Source: a virus
DNA length: 64,000 nt
IMG/VR virus record: IMGVR_UViG_3300037342_000011
Span: 7,466-71,465 of that record
Direction: 5' to 3' (one strand)
In this document: piece by piece, positions 52,430 through 62,521 of the stretch
Position numbering within the stretch: position 1 is the stretch's first letter
Layout of the letters: every line of letters starts with the position of its first letter
Made by a program: the position numbers and the translations under genes
Notes under the pieces: model-generated
Database searches by the model: none
Told to the model about the DNA's origin: nothing
The model's input: the letters and a program-made list of their open reading frames with translations, nothing else

Positions 52430-53835
52430 GTCAATGTCACCACGATGTTAGCCGGGTCTAAGTTTGGCGATTGGTTGATTTGGGCGGTTATGTCGTTTTG
52501 ACCGGCGAGAATACCGTAGATCACTTCGGACGCTACCGTTTGACTGTTGTTGACGACCCAGTTTGGACTTGTACCGCTGGCGATGACGGTGCCGGGGAGA
52601 ATAGTGCCGCTCGCGTCCACGAGTGTTTGGCCAATCGCGAACGTCCCAGTTGTTCCACCCGACTCAGTGAACGCGGTACCCGATATTGACCCAGCAGCGC
52701 AGTGTGCCGTTGAATTATTTTGGCACCCAATTTGAATAGATATAATTTGAACCCACGAACCAAGCGCGGCGACCGGCGCGTAAAAGCGCGAAGCGAACAA
52801 CTCAGCGCCGATACGCGCACGAGGGCCACCATCTTCACCCGCGAAAGCGGCAACGATTGCGTTTTGAATGAGTGTGGTCGCAGTTGACGGCACTTGGGAA
52901 TTGTTGGCGATGTTGACTGCGAAGATAACCGCTAGCGGATTTGGCGTTTGGTATTTGATTGTGTAGCTCGGCTGCGGCATCTCGTAGTTCGTGTCGTAAA
53001 CGGTTACCGACGTACCCCCGGTCATAGCGCAGCCTGGCGCTTTCTTTGTAAAAATAGCATTGGCGATATTTGTAGACGTACCCCCAACGACGCACACATA
53101 AAGCGAATTAGCCGCGAGCGTCACGCCGCCTACCGTGACCGGGGAACCTGTCGGGTTTTCTGTAACGTAAGCGTCGAGAACGCCGGGAACGCCGAGCACC
53201 GCGCCGTAAACTGAAGACAACGCTCCAAGTGAATTGCCCGCTACAGAAGCGAAACGCCGCGCCTCAAATTGCTGCGGCGTTTCTACGTCCTGGCCGATAA
53301 CCCCGTCAGCTGGGTTAGTGATCGAATCCCAACCGAGAATGGACTGATAAATAGTCGTTAAGCTGTTGGCTACGCAAGGTATCGCGCCCGGAACGTTACA
53401 CGTGAACGTAGCGGTGCACGTTCCACCTGCGCCGATAACGCCGGGGGTTGTACAGGTATAGAGATTCCCGTCCGTTGCTTGTGCGAGAGCCCCCGCGACG
53501 ATGTCTACGCCGGGCAGACCTGAACACGTCGCCAAAACTACGGTAGGAAGCGCAGGGTTACGCTCAATGAAATAAATATAGCCGATGCCGTCTTGCCACC
53601 GCCCAACCGAATAAGCCGGGTTGAACTGGTTCGTCATATAGAGGAAAGTGTCGTTCACGTTGCCGATTATGCCGGCTTGTGAAGAGGCGAGCTGACCTTG
53701 TGGTGTATTAACAGCGGGGTTTAAGTTGCCGCCGAAGGCTTGATTGATGTCGGTGGTCACCCCCGCAAGAATAGCCTCTTCCTGGGGTACAATGAACCCG
53801 AGCGGACCAAAAGTTGGGGTAGGAACTGAAGTCAT
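52426..53835 (-). CDS. Baseplate J-like protein
   Basis: TPQGQLA...GRWQDGIG...G.D.ET...FEARR...KKAPGC. Confidence 0.88.
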   Translation of the reverse strand: MTSVPTPTFGPLGFIVPQEEAILAGVTTDINQAFGGNLNPAVNTPQGQLASSQAGIIGNVNDTFLYMTNQFNPAYSVGRWQDGIGYIYFIERNPALPTVVLATCSGLPGVDIVAGALAQATDGNLYTCTTPGVIGAGGTCTATFTCNVPGAIPCVANSLTTIYQSILGWDSITNPADGVIGQDVETPQQFEARRFASVAGNSLGALSSVYGAVLGVPGVLDAYVTENPTGSPVTVGGVTLAANSLYVCVVGGTSTNIANAIFTKKAPGCAMTGGTSVTVYDTNYEMPQPSYTIKYQTPNPLAVIFAVNIANNSQVPSTATTLIQNAIVAAFAGEDGGPRARIGAELFASRFYAPVAALGSWVQIISIQIGCQNNSTAHCAAGSISGTAFTESGGTTGTFAIGQTLVDASGTILPGTVIASGTSPNWVVNNSQTVASEVIYGILAGQNDITAQINQSPNLDPANIVVTLT

Positions 53836-54186
53836 TTAGAACCCCGCCGTCATTATCTTGCCGCTTGCGTTCGTCACTTGGACTTGCCCTGTGACGGTGC
53901 GGTGGGTGAAGGACGATATAAAACAAGCCGCCGCCACGACGTCCGGCACGGTCATCGCGGCAGAAATTATGTAAGACTTGATCAACGACAACGGGGGCGC
54001 TTGGCCTAAGATGTTGGCCCAATAAGGTACGCCGAGCGTCGTGTCGTAGTAGCACTCGCCTTGAAACGTTCGTACCGCGCTCGCCGCGTCTTGCGCCAGG
54101 GAATACGGCTCTGACGCCATGGCGATGTTAGCCGCGCCGTCGATCAGCAAATCCCACTGAACTGTATCGAGAAGGAGTGTGTTCAT
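53836..54186 (-). CDS. Baseplate gp25-like sheath initiator
   Basis: WDL..D...AQDAASAVRTFQGECYYDT.LGVPY. Confidence 0.8.
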   Translation of the reverse strand: MNTLLLDTVQWDLLIDGAANIAMASEPYSLAQDAASAVRTFQGECYYDTTLGVPYWANILGQAPPLSLIKSYIISAAMTVPDVVAAACFISSFTHRTVTGQVQVTNASGKIMTAGF

Positions 54187-54824
54187 AAGATTGCAAACAC
54201 CGTTCCTGACGTACCGGCTGCGGTTTGGACGCCCGCCCCACCAAGACCGCCGAGGTCAACGCGCCCGCTTTGGAGTGTGATAGTTGTGCCGCTTACGGTC
54301 AAAGTGATCTTCCCTGCCTTAACTGTGATTAGGGTCGTCCCGTTATCTGGGCTAAAGACTAGAGTGCCATCATCCTGGAATTGAATATAGCTGGTCGGCG
54401 TCGCACCCAGAAAACAAGGGAAAAACAACCCATCCGCCATATCGTGACGGCGAAAGCTGCCAGCATTTGATTGCTTCTTGTTTTTCTTGACCGAGGAAAT
54501 ATCACGGTCCGCAAAGACCGCCACGCCGATGTCGCCAACTTTAGGGTCAAGAATAATCGCCTTGTTGCCGCCTTGATAACGGAAATAAGGAATGTTGTTG
54601 ATCGCGGTGTGCTTGTGCGCGTTTCCGTAGGAATCTTGCATGTTGACGAGAGGCAGCAAGCTAACCGAGCCGACCGCCGCTACCGCCCCCGTTGTCGTAA
54701 CCGATTGAACCGAAGCAAGCGTAGCCTTCGACATGCGGCTTAGCATTTCCTCGATCATATAATTTTGAGCGTGGAAATCAGAAGTTTGCGAATCAAGAAA
54801 TCGTTGACCTGGATGATCGGTCAT
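54183..54824 (-). CDS. Baseplate spike protein
   Basis: IPYFRYQGG...DPKVGDIG..VFADRDIS...RRHDMADG. Confidence 0.85.
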   Translation of the reverse strand: MTDHPGQRFLDSQTSDFHAQNYMIEEMLSRMSKATLASVQSVTTTGAVAAVGSVSLLPLVNMQDSYGNAHKHTAINNIPYFRYQGGNKAIILDPKVGDIGVAVFADRDISSVKKNKKQSNAGSFRRHDMADGLFFPCFLGATPTSYIQFQDDGTLVFSPDNGTTLITVKAGKITLTVSGTTITLQSGRVDLGGLGGAGVQTAAGTSGTVFAIL

Positions 54825-55702
54825 TGGGTACCTCCGCCCCCCGGTGCGGCAAAGTTAGGTGTGCAGTAAAGAATGGCAAACCACGACCCGTGTGGCATCA
54901 GCGCATCTAGCTCAAGGTCCGCTCTTTGAATGTGCCAAGACCCATTGGCCTGAGTAATATCACTCTTTATCATTACGTTAGAGCCGAACGGAATAGCGCG
55001 GCTAAACAAAGAACGAACAATCAACGCGCCGGGGGTAGCCATCGGGTAACCAACCATCCCCGTCTCCTTGGAAATAACTGGTATGCCGGAGCTAACTTGA
55101 CGGCTACCGCCTTGGGGCCACATTGCGCAAACGCCGTTTTCTAATATCCAACTCACCCGCGCGCTCTTGGCGAGTTGCTGCATTTGGCTAAAAGCAGGCC
55201 CCCACAGATACGGGCTGTCAAGTACTGCCGTGACCCCATTGTTCTCAGGCGTGGCCCCCATTTTTTTAGAAACAACAACGTGAGCATCAGATACCTTAGT
55301 CGCCCCGGTAAACGAACTGGGCTCAACGGGATTGACCGCTGGCCACGAACCACCGTTGCAATCGACGCGAAACGAAACTTCCGGCGCGGCTTGCATGTCA
55401 GGCCATGCTTGAATAATAGTCCCGGTATAAACCACCGACATACCGTTTGTAGCGTCGCCAGCTTCGATTTTGATTTGGTTGTTCCCAATCGACAGAGGAA
55501 ACCCCGGAACAAATGTCAAAGCGTTCATGTGAGCGAGCGACATACCAAAGATGTTCACATGCGCTTCATTCACCTGCGCCCCTGCAACAGAAATACGAGC
55601 GATAACACGGTGGCCTGATATTACGAGATTGGACGCCTCGGAACTCGCCCCCGTCCCCGACATCGAGAACGTAACCGTCACGAGCCTTTCAACGAATGAC
55701 AT
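54821..55702 (-). CDS. Baseplate hub protein
   Basis: IFGMS...IEAGD...GTII.A.PD...TGMVGYP; position. Confidence 0.8.
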   Translation of the reverse strand: MSFVERLVTVTFSMSGTGASSEASNLVISGHRVIARISVAGAQVNEAHVNIFGMSLAHMNALTFVPGFPLSIGNNQIKIEAGDATNGMSVVYTGTIIQAWPDMQAAPEVSFRVDCNGGSWPAVNPVEPSSFTGATKVSDAHVVVSKKMGATPENNGVTAVLDSPYLWGPAFSQMQQLAKSARVSWILENGVCAMWPQGGSRQVSSGIPVISKETGMVGYPMATPGALIVRSLFSRAIPFGSNVMIKSDITQANGSWHIQRADLELDALMPHGSWFAILYCTPNFAAPGGGGTQ

Positions 55703-55705
55703 CGC

Positions 55706-56071
55706 CTAACCGTTAAAGCCAGCAAACGCCAACTCAGCCGCCGTCAAATAGACGAGCTGGAACTGCGACCCAAGGCCGGTGTAATCAGGGTCTTGGCCGC
55801 CGTAGCCGACCGCCAAGTTGGGCGGGGGTGTATAGTACGTGCCTTGCGTGTCGTAAAACATCAAATCACCGGAGAACCCAAGATACGCGCTCCGCACGAT
55901 ACGGTTACAGTTTTGACAAATAACCCCGCCGATGATCAGCGTAGTCCCGAGGTACAAATCAAGGAACAGGCCGTAGAACTTTTGATAAACGTTGATCTGA
56001 CAAACCTGACCCGCGAGATTTGTAGTCAAGGTTTGCGAAGGAAGCGCGACGAGCGGAACGAGCTGAGTCAT
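55706..56071 (-). CDS. Baseplate plug/small tail protein
   Basis: PSQTL...LAGQ.C.I..YQK..GLF.DL...YLGFSGDL.F.DTQG. Confidence 0.78.
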   Translation of the reverse strand: MTQLVPLVALPSQTLTTNLAGQVCQINVYQKFYGLFLDLYLGTTLIIGGVICQNCNRIVRSAYLGFSGDLMFYDTQGTYYTPPPNLAVGYGGQDPDYTGLGSQFQLVYLTAAELAFAGFNG

Positions 56072-56910
56072 GGGCCTATCCCCCCGGCGGATTCCGGTGA
56101 GTTGTAGCCGTTGATCACTGCGCCGCCCAAGGTGGTTACGGTAGGAACGTCGTTAGGCGGAGTGAATGGGTCGTAACTTGGGATGCCGTCGGTGTTATAG
56201 ATGCTCGGCGCTCCTGAATCAGAAGGTGACACGAAACCGTCGTTATTAGGAACGGCCCCTGACGTGTCTTGTGGGCTGTAATTTTCAGGGCCGCCTACCG
56301 GGGGGTAATCGGCTGCCGGTGCCCCGGCCCCCGCTGTTGCGCCGTCAGTTGGGGTTGTTCCCGCCGTCGTCGTTGACGACTCGCTAACCGTCACCCTAAC
56401 CTCAAGTAGCCACATCTCAACGGTGATAATGCCGACGCCGTTAGTTGCGGTCCGCATATAATTGTAGTGGCGGACGTTGACTGATTGATACACCTTTTCC
56501 GGGGTTACAACGTCATACAGCAGAAGTGTCTGCGATACGGCGTCAACGTTCGCCAGCAACGCGGCGCGGTTGGCCTCGCTGCCGCCAGATGCGAATTTCA
56601 CTCGTGCGTCGTAAGGGATATAAACTTTGTTGTAGCTCTCGAAGCCGCCTTCCTCAACGGGATAATCCGAAATCGCCCAATCACGCCGGTAGTCGATTGA
56701 CACGAAAGTATCGAATAGAATCACGGGCGCACCGTTTTGAAAGACGCCCCACTGACTAGAAAGAAACCCGAATAGTTCAGACGCATCGGCGGTTAGCAAA
56801 TCACCTTGCAACCCAACTGACACGTCGCCCGCGAGAGCAGGCACACCGTCGGTTCCTGGCGTAGCCCCGACCGATACCGTTATTTCCGGCAACGTGACGG
56901 TGTCGGCCAT
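56068..56910 (-). CDS. Baseplate/tube-initiator (Dit-like) protein
   Basis: ISDYPVEEGGFESYNKV...YDVVTPEKVY; follows tape measure. Confidence 0.78.
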   Translation of the reverse strand: MADTVTLPEITVSVGATPGTDGVPALAGDVSVGLQGDLLTADASELFGFLSSQWGVFQNGAPVILFDTFVSIDYRRDWAISDYPVEEGGFESYNKVYIPYDARVKFASGGSEANRAALLANVDAVSQTLLLYDVVTPEKVYQSVNVRHYNYMRTATNGVGIITVEMWLLEVRVTVSESSTTTAGTTPTDGATAGAGAPAADYPPVGGPENYSPQDTSGAVPNNDGFVSPSDSGAPSIYNTDGIPSYDPFTPPNDVPTVTTLGGAVINGYNSPESAGGIGP

Positions 56911-56911
56911 A

Positions 56912-58720
56912 TTACGAGTAGCCGTTGTCGGCGGCGACCGCCGAGAAGCGGTTGCGCATCAAGGGCTCAAGATTGCGAACAACGTGGGTAGCGTCCTGCG
57001 GGTTGTAGATGTTAATATCGCCGGTTCGCATCTCGGCGCGGCGGCTATTGTCGATGCTGGATTGCTTGCCGTTCCAGCCCGTCGCGCGGTTTAGCCATTG
57101 GCCCCAGCTTTCGGCGGGGGAAGGTGTGGAAGGGGCCGGTTCCGCGCCCTGTTTCATCCGACCATACCAAGCCTTTTGCCCTTCTCGGTCGCCTGTACGA
57201 GATTGGTGCGTGCCGGGTATTTCAAAATGCTCACCGTGAATTACAGCATTGTCGATAAACTCACCCGTCCGCAGATGTTTAGCTGCGAGCCAACTTGACG
57301 AATTGTCGATGGCTCCTTTTGTAACATCGGAACCGTTAGCCACCTTCGCTAAATTTTGCTCCAGTATCGCGCGGCGTTTGGCGTCGATTGTCCCGTTAAA
57401 ACGTCCAGCGAAATAACCAAGGTTTCCTTTACCGGCGAGCGATGTACCGCGCACCGAGGCCCGGTTCATAGCCGTTTCCATAATCGCTTGGTTAGCGAGC
57501 GTCCCTGGGGCGGAGCCCACATCATCTTCACCAAGCGACCTGCGGAAAAATTCGTCTTTCAGTGCCGGGTTTGCGTTCAATTCAGATATAAACCGAGCGC
57601 GATCCTCCTTCAAAGTGCTAAACCCCCCGCTCGGTCCACCCGCACCAGTTTCCGCCCCCGGCGCAAAAGTACCCGACGGGCTGACATGGGGTTCCCTGAT
57701 GGCGTCGATAACACCTTGGCCTGCGCCCGCCGTAGCGCCTGCGATGCCGCCCATCGCAGCACCGGCCAACATCCCTGGCACGCCGCCGGGAATGCCGAGT
57801 ACAGCGCCGATGACCGCCCCCATCGCGCCGCCCAAGATGGTCTTGACGATAATCTCAAGCGTCTTGACGAGGGCGTTGAACGCCCAATCGGTTTTGAGTA
57901 TCCAGCCAAATAGCTCGTCGAGCACTTTCAGGATATTGGTAAACGGCTTCATCAAGTTGCTAACAAGGGCTTGGCGCACACCCTCGGTGTCAGTCGTCAA
58001 CTTATTGTAAGCCGTGCTTAACTCGGTGCTGCCCCTTACTTGGTCGTCCGTCAGTGTTTTCAGCTCGGAGAAGAACTTTTGGAGGTTGCCCCGCGCTTCC
58101 ATAATCATCAAGATTTGGCTTTGCGAGATGCCAAGCTGGCCTAGAAACTCCTGCTGCTGGCCGGGGAGAAGCCCCCTAGGGTTATTGCGGACAGCTTCGG
58201 CGGCACCTTGCAGCGCAATCGTTGGGTCACGAAGGTTGTGAGCCCGCTGCAATACCGACGGGTCCATGCCGAGTTGAGCCGCCGCGACCCAAGCGGTTGG
58301 GTTGACCGAGCCGCCGGGGCCTGAATAAAGACTCTTGTATACGTTACTGAGCGTAGCGTTCATCGACGCCGGGTCAAGGTTGGCGCGTTGCGCCGCGACC
58401 CGGTACCGCTCTAGTCTCTCAGGGGCGAGCCCTAGCGTGGTCGCTAATTGCCCAACGGCCAGGTTGGCTTGGTTCGTACTGGCAATGAACGACGTAATGC
58501 CGGAAGCCGCGAGGTAGCCCGCCGTCATTTCGCCCAGCAGCTTGACGATGCTGGAGAAGCCCTCGCCCATCTCCTTTGTAGATTTGGCGACGTTCTTGCC
58601 GTGTTTGTCTACCGTTTCCTCCAGCTTCTTCATGCTGTCGGTAACGGTCTTTTGACCCGCCGTAAATTTCGATGGGTCGAGCCCAAACTCGACTACAAAT
58701 TCGTCGATGATAGTCGCCAT
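56912..58720 (-). CDS. Tape measure protein
   Basis: MATIIDEFVVEFGLD start, helical, Gly/Ala-rich segment; follows chaperones. Confidence 0.85.
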   Translation of the reverse strand: MATIIDEFVVEFGLDPSKFTAGQKTVTDSMKKLEETVDKHGKNVAKSTKEMGEGFSSIVKLLGEMTAGYLAASGITSFIASTNQANLAVGQLATTLGLAPERLERYRVAAQRANLDPASMNATLSNVYKSLYSGPGGSVNPTAWVAAAQLGMDPSVLQRAHNLRDPTIALQGAAEAVRNNPRGLLPGQQQEFLGQLGISQSQILMIMEARGNLQKFFSELKTLTDDQVRGSTELSTAYNKLTTDTEGVRQALVSNLMKPFTNILKVLDELFGWILKTDWAFNALVKTLEIIVKTILGGAMGAVIGAVLGIPGGVPGMLAGAAMGGIAGATAGAGQGVIDAIREPHVSPSGTFAPGAETGAGGPSGGFSTLKEDRARFISELNANPALKDEFFRRSLGEDDVGSAPGTLANQAIMETAMNRASVRGTSLAGKGNLGYFAGRFNGTIDAKRRAILEQNLAKVANGSDVTKGAIDNSSSWLAAKHLRTGEFIDNAVIHGEHFEIPGTHQSRTGDREGQKAWYGRMKQGAEPAPSTPSPAESWGQWLNRATGWNGKQSSIDNSRRAEMRTGDINIYNPQDATHVVRNLEPLMRNRFSAVAADNGYS

Positions 58721-58965
58721 TAGCGGTTCTTCTCGTCTGCGTGTTTGTGGGCCATGTGCTGATTGTGGCTATCGATGGAGAGAATTTCGAGCATCGCGTA
58801 AAGGTCCTCAACGGAATAAACTGTATCCAGTTCGTGCAACGTCGCAAGTTGCGACGAGACGACTATGCCGATGCTTCGGGGGATGTTTTTGTAGCTGAGG
58901 AGACCTGGGATGTTTTGGCCGAAGCTGAGGTCAACTTCTGGCGCACTTCGGCCATTGAAAAACCC
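58720..58965 (-). CDS. Tail assembly chaperone T segment, reached by -1 frameshift
   Basis: LATLHELDTVYSVEDLY..LEI motif; -1 frame opens across G GGT TTT at 58965-58959. Confidence 0.75.
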   Translation of the reverse strand, partial: GFFNGRSAPEVDLSFGQNIPGLLSYKNIPRSIGIVVSSQLATLHELDTVYSVEDLYAMLEILSIDSHNQHMAHKHADEKNR

Positions 58966-59348
58966 GTGTGCAACTCGATCACCTCCGTTCGCAGAAGCAC
59001 CCGCGTCATCACTTCCTCGATGTCTTCTTCCATCAAGGGGAATGAAATATCGGGGTGCGCCCGGTCGCGAACTATCCGGATACAAGCAAACATCTCATCG
59101 AGAAGTTCGCTTGCCTCGAAATACGGCATAGAGATGAGAGCTTGTATGGCGCGTTTGCCGATAGAGGCAAAACCGGCCATGCCTGACTCAGCGATGTTGG
59201 GGGGCAGCTCGACGCCCGCGCGGGCGATGACCTGAATAACGCGGTACGCCCAACGCTCGGCCTGGGAGGCCGGCATCTCGGTTATTTGAAAGACTTTCCC
59301 CTTGTCTCGTCCTTCGTTATCGATAGCGACTACTTTAGTTTTCTTCAT
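58863..59348 (-). CDS. Tail assembly chaperone G
   Basis: GRDKGKVFQITEMPASQAERWA...DIEEV.T...LR...LHTGF. Confidence 0.85.
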   Translation of the reverse strand: MKKTKVVAIDNEGRDKGKVFQITEMPASQAERWAYRVIQVIARAGVELPPNIAESGMAGFASIGKRAIQALISMPYFEASELLDEMFACIRIVRDRAHPDISFPLMEEDIEEVMTRVLLRTEVIELHTGFSMAEVRQKLTSASAKTSQVSSATKTSPEASA

Positions 59349-59374
59349 CCCTGATTATTCTCCCTGTTAGAAAC

Positions 59375-59806
59375 TTAGGTGCTTTCAGCGGGGCTGACCG
59401 ACTCCCACATCGTGCCGTAGCGCCGAGGGCGCAACGTCTTCGCGGCATCCGGGAACACCGGGAAGCTGGTCAAGAAGCCATTCGTGAGCGCCCACTTTGT
59501 GGCGATGCCAGGCAGAATCAAGACGCCGCTCGCTTGATAAACATCTTTTGCGAGTTGCTGGGCGGCGTACCACTGGTCGAAGTAAGAGTTGCTACCGCTG
59601 TCGGCTTGAAGCGATAGGTTCCACGGCACCGGCACGAACACGAAGCCGCCCGACAACTTGCCGTCGAGGCCCATGATCACTTCGGTAGTTGCCAGCGGGC
59701 TGGTGGTGAAGATGTCGTCGCCGCTAAAGCCTTGAAGCTGAAACGGCGCTGGGAACAACGTCGAGATTGACATTGTGAGAATGGCGTTTGCGGAAGTGAT
59801 GGACAT
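59375..59806 (-). CDS. Tail tube protein (DUF3277-like)
   Basis: ITSAN...LQGF..DD...MGLDGKLSGG...LQADS.S; follows sheath. Confidence 0.85.
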   Translation of the reverse strand: MSITSANAILTMSISTLFPAPFQLQGFSGDDIFTTSPLATTEVIMGLDGKLSGGFVFVPVPWNLSLQADSGSNSYFDQWYAAQQLAKDVYQASGVLILPGIATKWALTNGFLTSFPVFPDAAKTLRPRRYGTMWESVSPAEST

Positions 59807-59818
59807 TGGGGCGGTTCC

Positions 59819-61783
59819 TTACTGAACGAGGATTGAGGACAAATCGAGCATCTGCACATCGCCGCCGTCCATGTACCACAGTGTGCAAACCGGCGAGCCG
59901 CGCGCCTGCCTGACCTGAGCGCCGGGGTCGAGCACTTGCAAGAACCAGCCGCGATTGGACAGCGTGTTATTGATTGGCACGCCAGCGGCGTTGTTGACTT
60001 CTGCGATTTGGGCCTGGCTAAGTGTGACGCCGACCCGGATAGCCCCGAAGTTGACACCCTCGTTAATTGGGTCGAGGAAGGCCGCGTCGATTAGCGAATA
60101 GCCCGCTTGGTTGTAGGGGATAGACGGGGTGTTGATTAGCAGTTCAACGCCCGCCAACTGAAGCTGGTTGTTGAGCCAGATTTGGTTGATGTAGCTGTCC
60201 ATCCACTCAAAGTCACCCGACACCGAGCCGGGGTAAAGGAAGATGAAATTGTCGTTCGCCGTGGCGTAAGCGCCGTACAAGTTGTAACCGTTGGCGATGA
60301 GGTTATCCATCTTCGACTGGTTTGAACAAGTTGCAACCAGACCCGATTGCGAGCGGAAACACAAATCGGTACGACCGTTGAGCCGTGTGAATTGTAGCGA
60401 CGCACCGTACCCGCAAATGAAGGCAGCGTAGCTCGCCGTCACCGGGTTAGTTCCATCACCGCCGATTAAGCATGTACCGCTGATTTGCGCGGCAGCGATA
60501 AGTTGACCAAGGCTCGCGGCTGCTGGATTTTCCGTTGACGGGGACAAGTCAGTATCCCAGCAAACGTAGGCCCAGCGGTTATTTTGGCCGCCGTTCCACG
60601 CGGCGAACTCGTACTTGATTGTGTTGCCCGAACCGCCGTCCGGGTCGAAGCACGTCATAAACGTCGCCCAATCCTGGGTCACGTTCACCAAAGCGTCCAT
60701 GAACGTAACGGGGTCAGCGGCAGCCGCGCCGGGGCTAACCACTGCGCCGGTGGCGTTGGTGAGGAGCAAGTTCACCGCCAGAGACGCCGGGGGTGTTGAG
60801 GTTAGCGAAGCGCCGGTTGACGTAGTAGCGCCGCTAGTCACGTAAACACCCGCGCCGCCAGGGACGCCGGAGGTTTGGCTTACGATAGTCGTGCTGGCCG
60901 GGACGCCCGTGCCGGTGATGGTTGAGCCGACTTGAATATAGCCGGTAACGCTCGACGCCGTTAGGTTGGTGCTCGAACCCGTCCCGGTGAACGTCGCCGG
61001 GGTGACGGTGCTTAGAGCGTAGCCGATAGACTCGGTAGCGGCGCTCAAAACCGAGGTAAACACGAACGACCCGAGTTGAGCGTCGTAAGTAACCAGCGGC
61101 ACAACGCTACCGTCCATCGCCTCACCGCTACCAACCGTAGAGGCCGCGCTGAGTTGGTAGGTTGCACCGTCGGCATTTGGGGTGCCAGACAGAAGCGCGA
61201 CAATATACGAACCAGCGGTAACGTTCGTCCCGGTGACCATTTGGCCCGGTGCCCACGTTCCGGTGATTGTACCGCCGAGCGTTAGCGTTGTACCGGCGAT
61301 GGTGTTGGCCGTTGCCGTCGCTTGGACTTGCGTGAACGATGACTGGATGATTTGCGCCGCATTGGAAAAGCTCGTTGCGGTGGACAAATTGACCGAACCG
61401 GCGGTGATGTTTGCGCCGTCGATTGGAAGCGTGAGCGAACCAATAGGGATGGCTTTGAGCTGCGTCAGCGTTAAAGCGTCAATCGCCCCTGACCGCATAT
61501 AGGCCGGTACTGCGGCGGTGTTGTACTGAGTGAATTTGACAAGAGCGGGCTTGATGTAGGAGTTGTCGAAGCCGTTAAAATAAACTTCCGCTAACGCGGC
61601 TTCGGTAGAAGCCGGGCCGAAGAAATTTGCAACGTCGAGTTGATTGCCGAAGTCCTGAACGGTGCCAATTGGCACACGAGCCGACGTAGTGAGCAGCAAG
61701 CCGATGATGTCGAGTGCGCGGCCCCCGGCGGAAAGAACGGAGGGGGTGACGTTGACGACCGCTGAGGCGGGAATTGTGGACAT
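59819..61783 (-). CDS. Tail sheath protein (DUF3383) with two inserted beta modules
   Basis: IPASAVVNVTPSVL...YFNGF...NGYN.YG.Y...WMDSYINQIWLN...IPYN..GY. Confidence 0.92.
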   Translation of the reverse strand: MSTIPASAVVNVTPSVLSAGGRALDIIGLLLTTSARVPIGTVQDFGNQLDVANFFGPASTEAALAEVYFNGFDNSYIKPALVKFTQYNTAAVPAYMRSGAIDALTLTQLKAIPIGSLTLPIDGANITAGSVNLSTATSFSNAAQIIQSSFTQVQATATANTIAGTTLTLGGTITGTWAPGQMVTGTNVTAGSYIVALLSGTPNADGATYQLSAASTVGSGEAMDGSVVPLVTYDAQLGSFVFTSVLSAATESIGYALSTVTPATFTGTGSSTNLTASSVTGYIQVGSTITGTGVPASTTIVSQTSGVPGGAGVYVTSGATTSTGASLTSTPPASLAVNLLLTNATGAVVSPGAAAADPVTFMDALVNVTQDWATFMTCFDPDGGSGNTIKYEFAAWNGGQNNRWAYVCWDTDLSPSTENPAAASLGQLIAAAQISGTCLIGGDGTNPVTASYAAFICGYGASLQFTRLNGRTDLCFRSQSGLVATCSNQSKMDNLIANGYNLYGAYATANDNFIFLYPGSVSGDFEWMDSYINQIWLNNQLQLAGVELLINTPSIPYNQAGYSLIDAAFLDPINEGVNFGAIRVGVTLSQAQIAEVNNAAGVPINNTLSNRGWFLQVLDPGAQVRQARGSPVCTLWYMDGGDVQMLDLSSILVQ

Positions 61784-61795
61784 TAGGTGGTCTCC

Positions 61796-62521
61796 TTATT
61801 GAACTGGGTAGATGATATCCGCCGGAATGAGCGTTTGCTCGATCACGTCGGCAAATTCTTGCGGCACGGTGACGGTGGCGTTCACTTGAAGCGTTGCTTC
61901 CAAAACCCAACGCCATTCAATTTGGGATTGGTCGTTTAAGAAAGGAATCTGCTTTGGGTCGTCGGCGTAGAACGGCGATACGTTAGGGTTGAGCGCCTTG
62001 AAGGCGTCGTAAGCGTACTCGTCGCGCATTAAAGTTGAGATGGTCTGCGCGTTGTCGGCGCTGTTGGGACCGTGAACGTCAAGTTGAACTACGAACTTCG
62101 TCGGCTGTAGCAAGTTTTGAACACCGCACGCCATCTTTTCGCTCGACACGGTTTGCGTCGCGCTAACGACGTAAACGCCGTCACCGCCGGGAGCGCCAGA
62201 GGTCTGGCTTACGATAGTCGTCCCTGCCGATACGTTAGTGCCAAACAAAAAGTTTCCGATAGTGATTGAGCCGAACTTGATGGCGCTAACTGTCATATTG
62301 ACGCCGCTAATCGACGCGGTGAAAACGCAATCAACGTAGGTGTCTACGTTCGTCTCGATGCGCTCGCGTCTAATCGGCGTCATCATCACGAAGTCTTGAG
62401 CGGCTGGCTCAGGTACCCGGTTTATTTGAGCCAGAAAAACATCTGTGCTAGACGGTAATATGTTAATTAGAAAAGCCCGCAGCGCCGTGATGACGACGGT
62501 TTGGGTAGGGTTAGGCACCAT
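61796..62521 (-). CDS. Tail terminator/neck protein with inserted beta module
   Basis: QINRVPEP...QLDVHGP...TLMRD...P.YADDP.Q...RW; precedes sheath. Confidence 0.78.
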   Translation of the reverse strand: MVPNPTQTVVITALRAFLINILPSSTDVFLAQINRVPEPAAQDFVMMTPIRRERIETNVDTYVDCVFTASISGVNMTVSAIKFGSITIGNFLFGTNVSAGTTIVSQTSGAPGGDGVYVVSATQTVSSEKMACGVQNLLQPTKFVVQLDVHGPNSADNAQTISTLMRDEYAYDAFKALNPNVSPFYADDPKQIPFLNDQSQIEWRWVLEATLQVNATVTVPQEFADVIEQTLIPADIIYPVQ

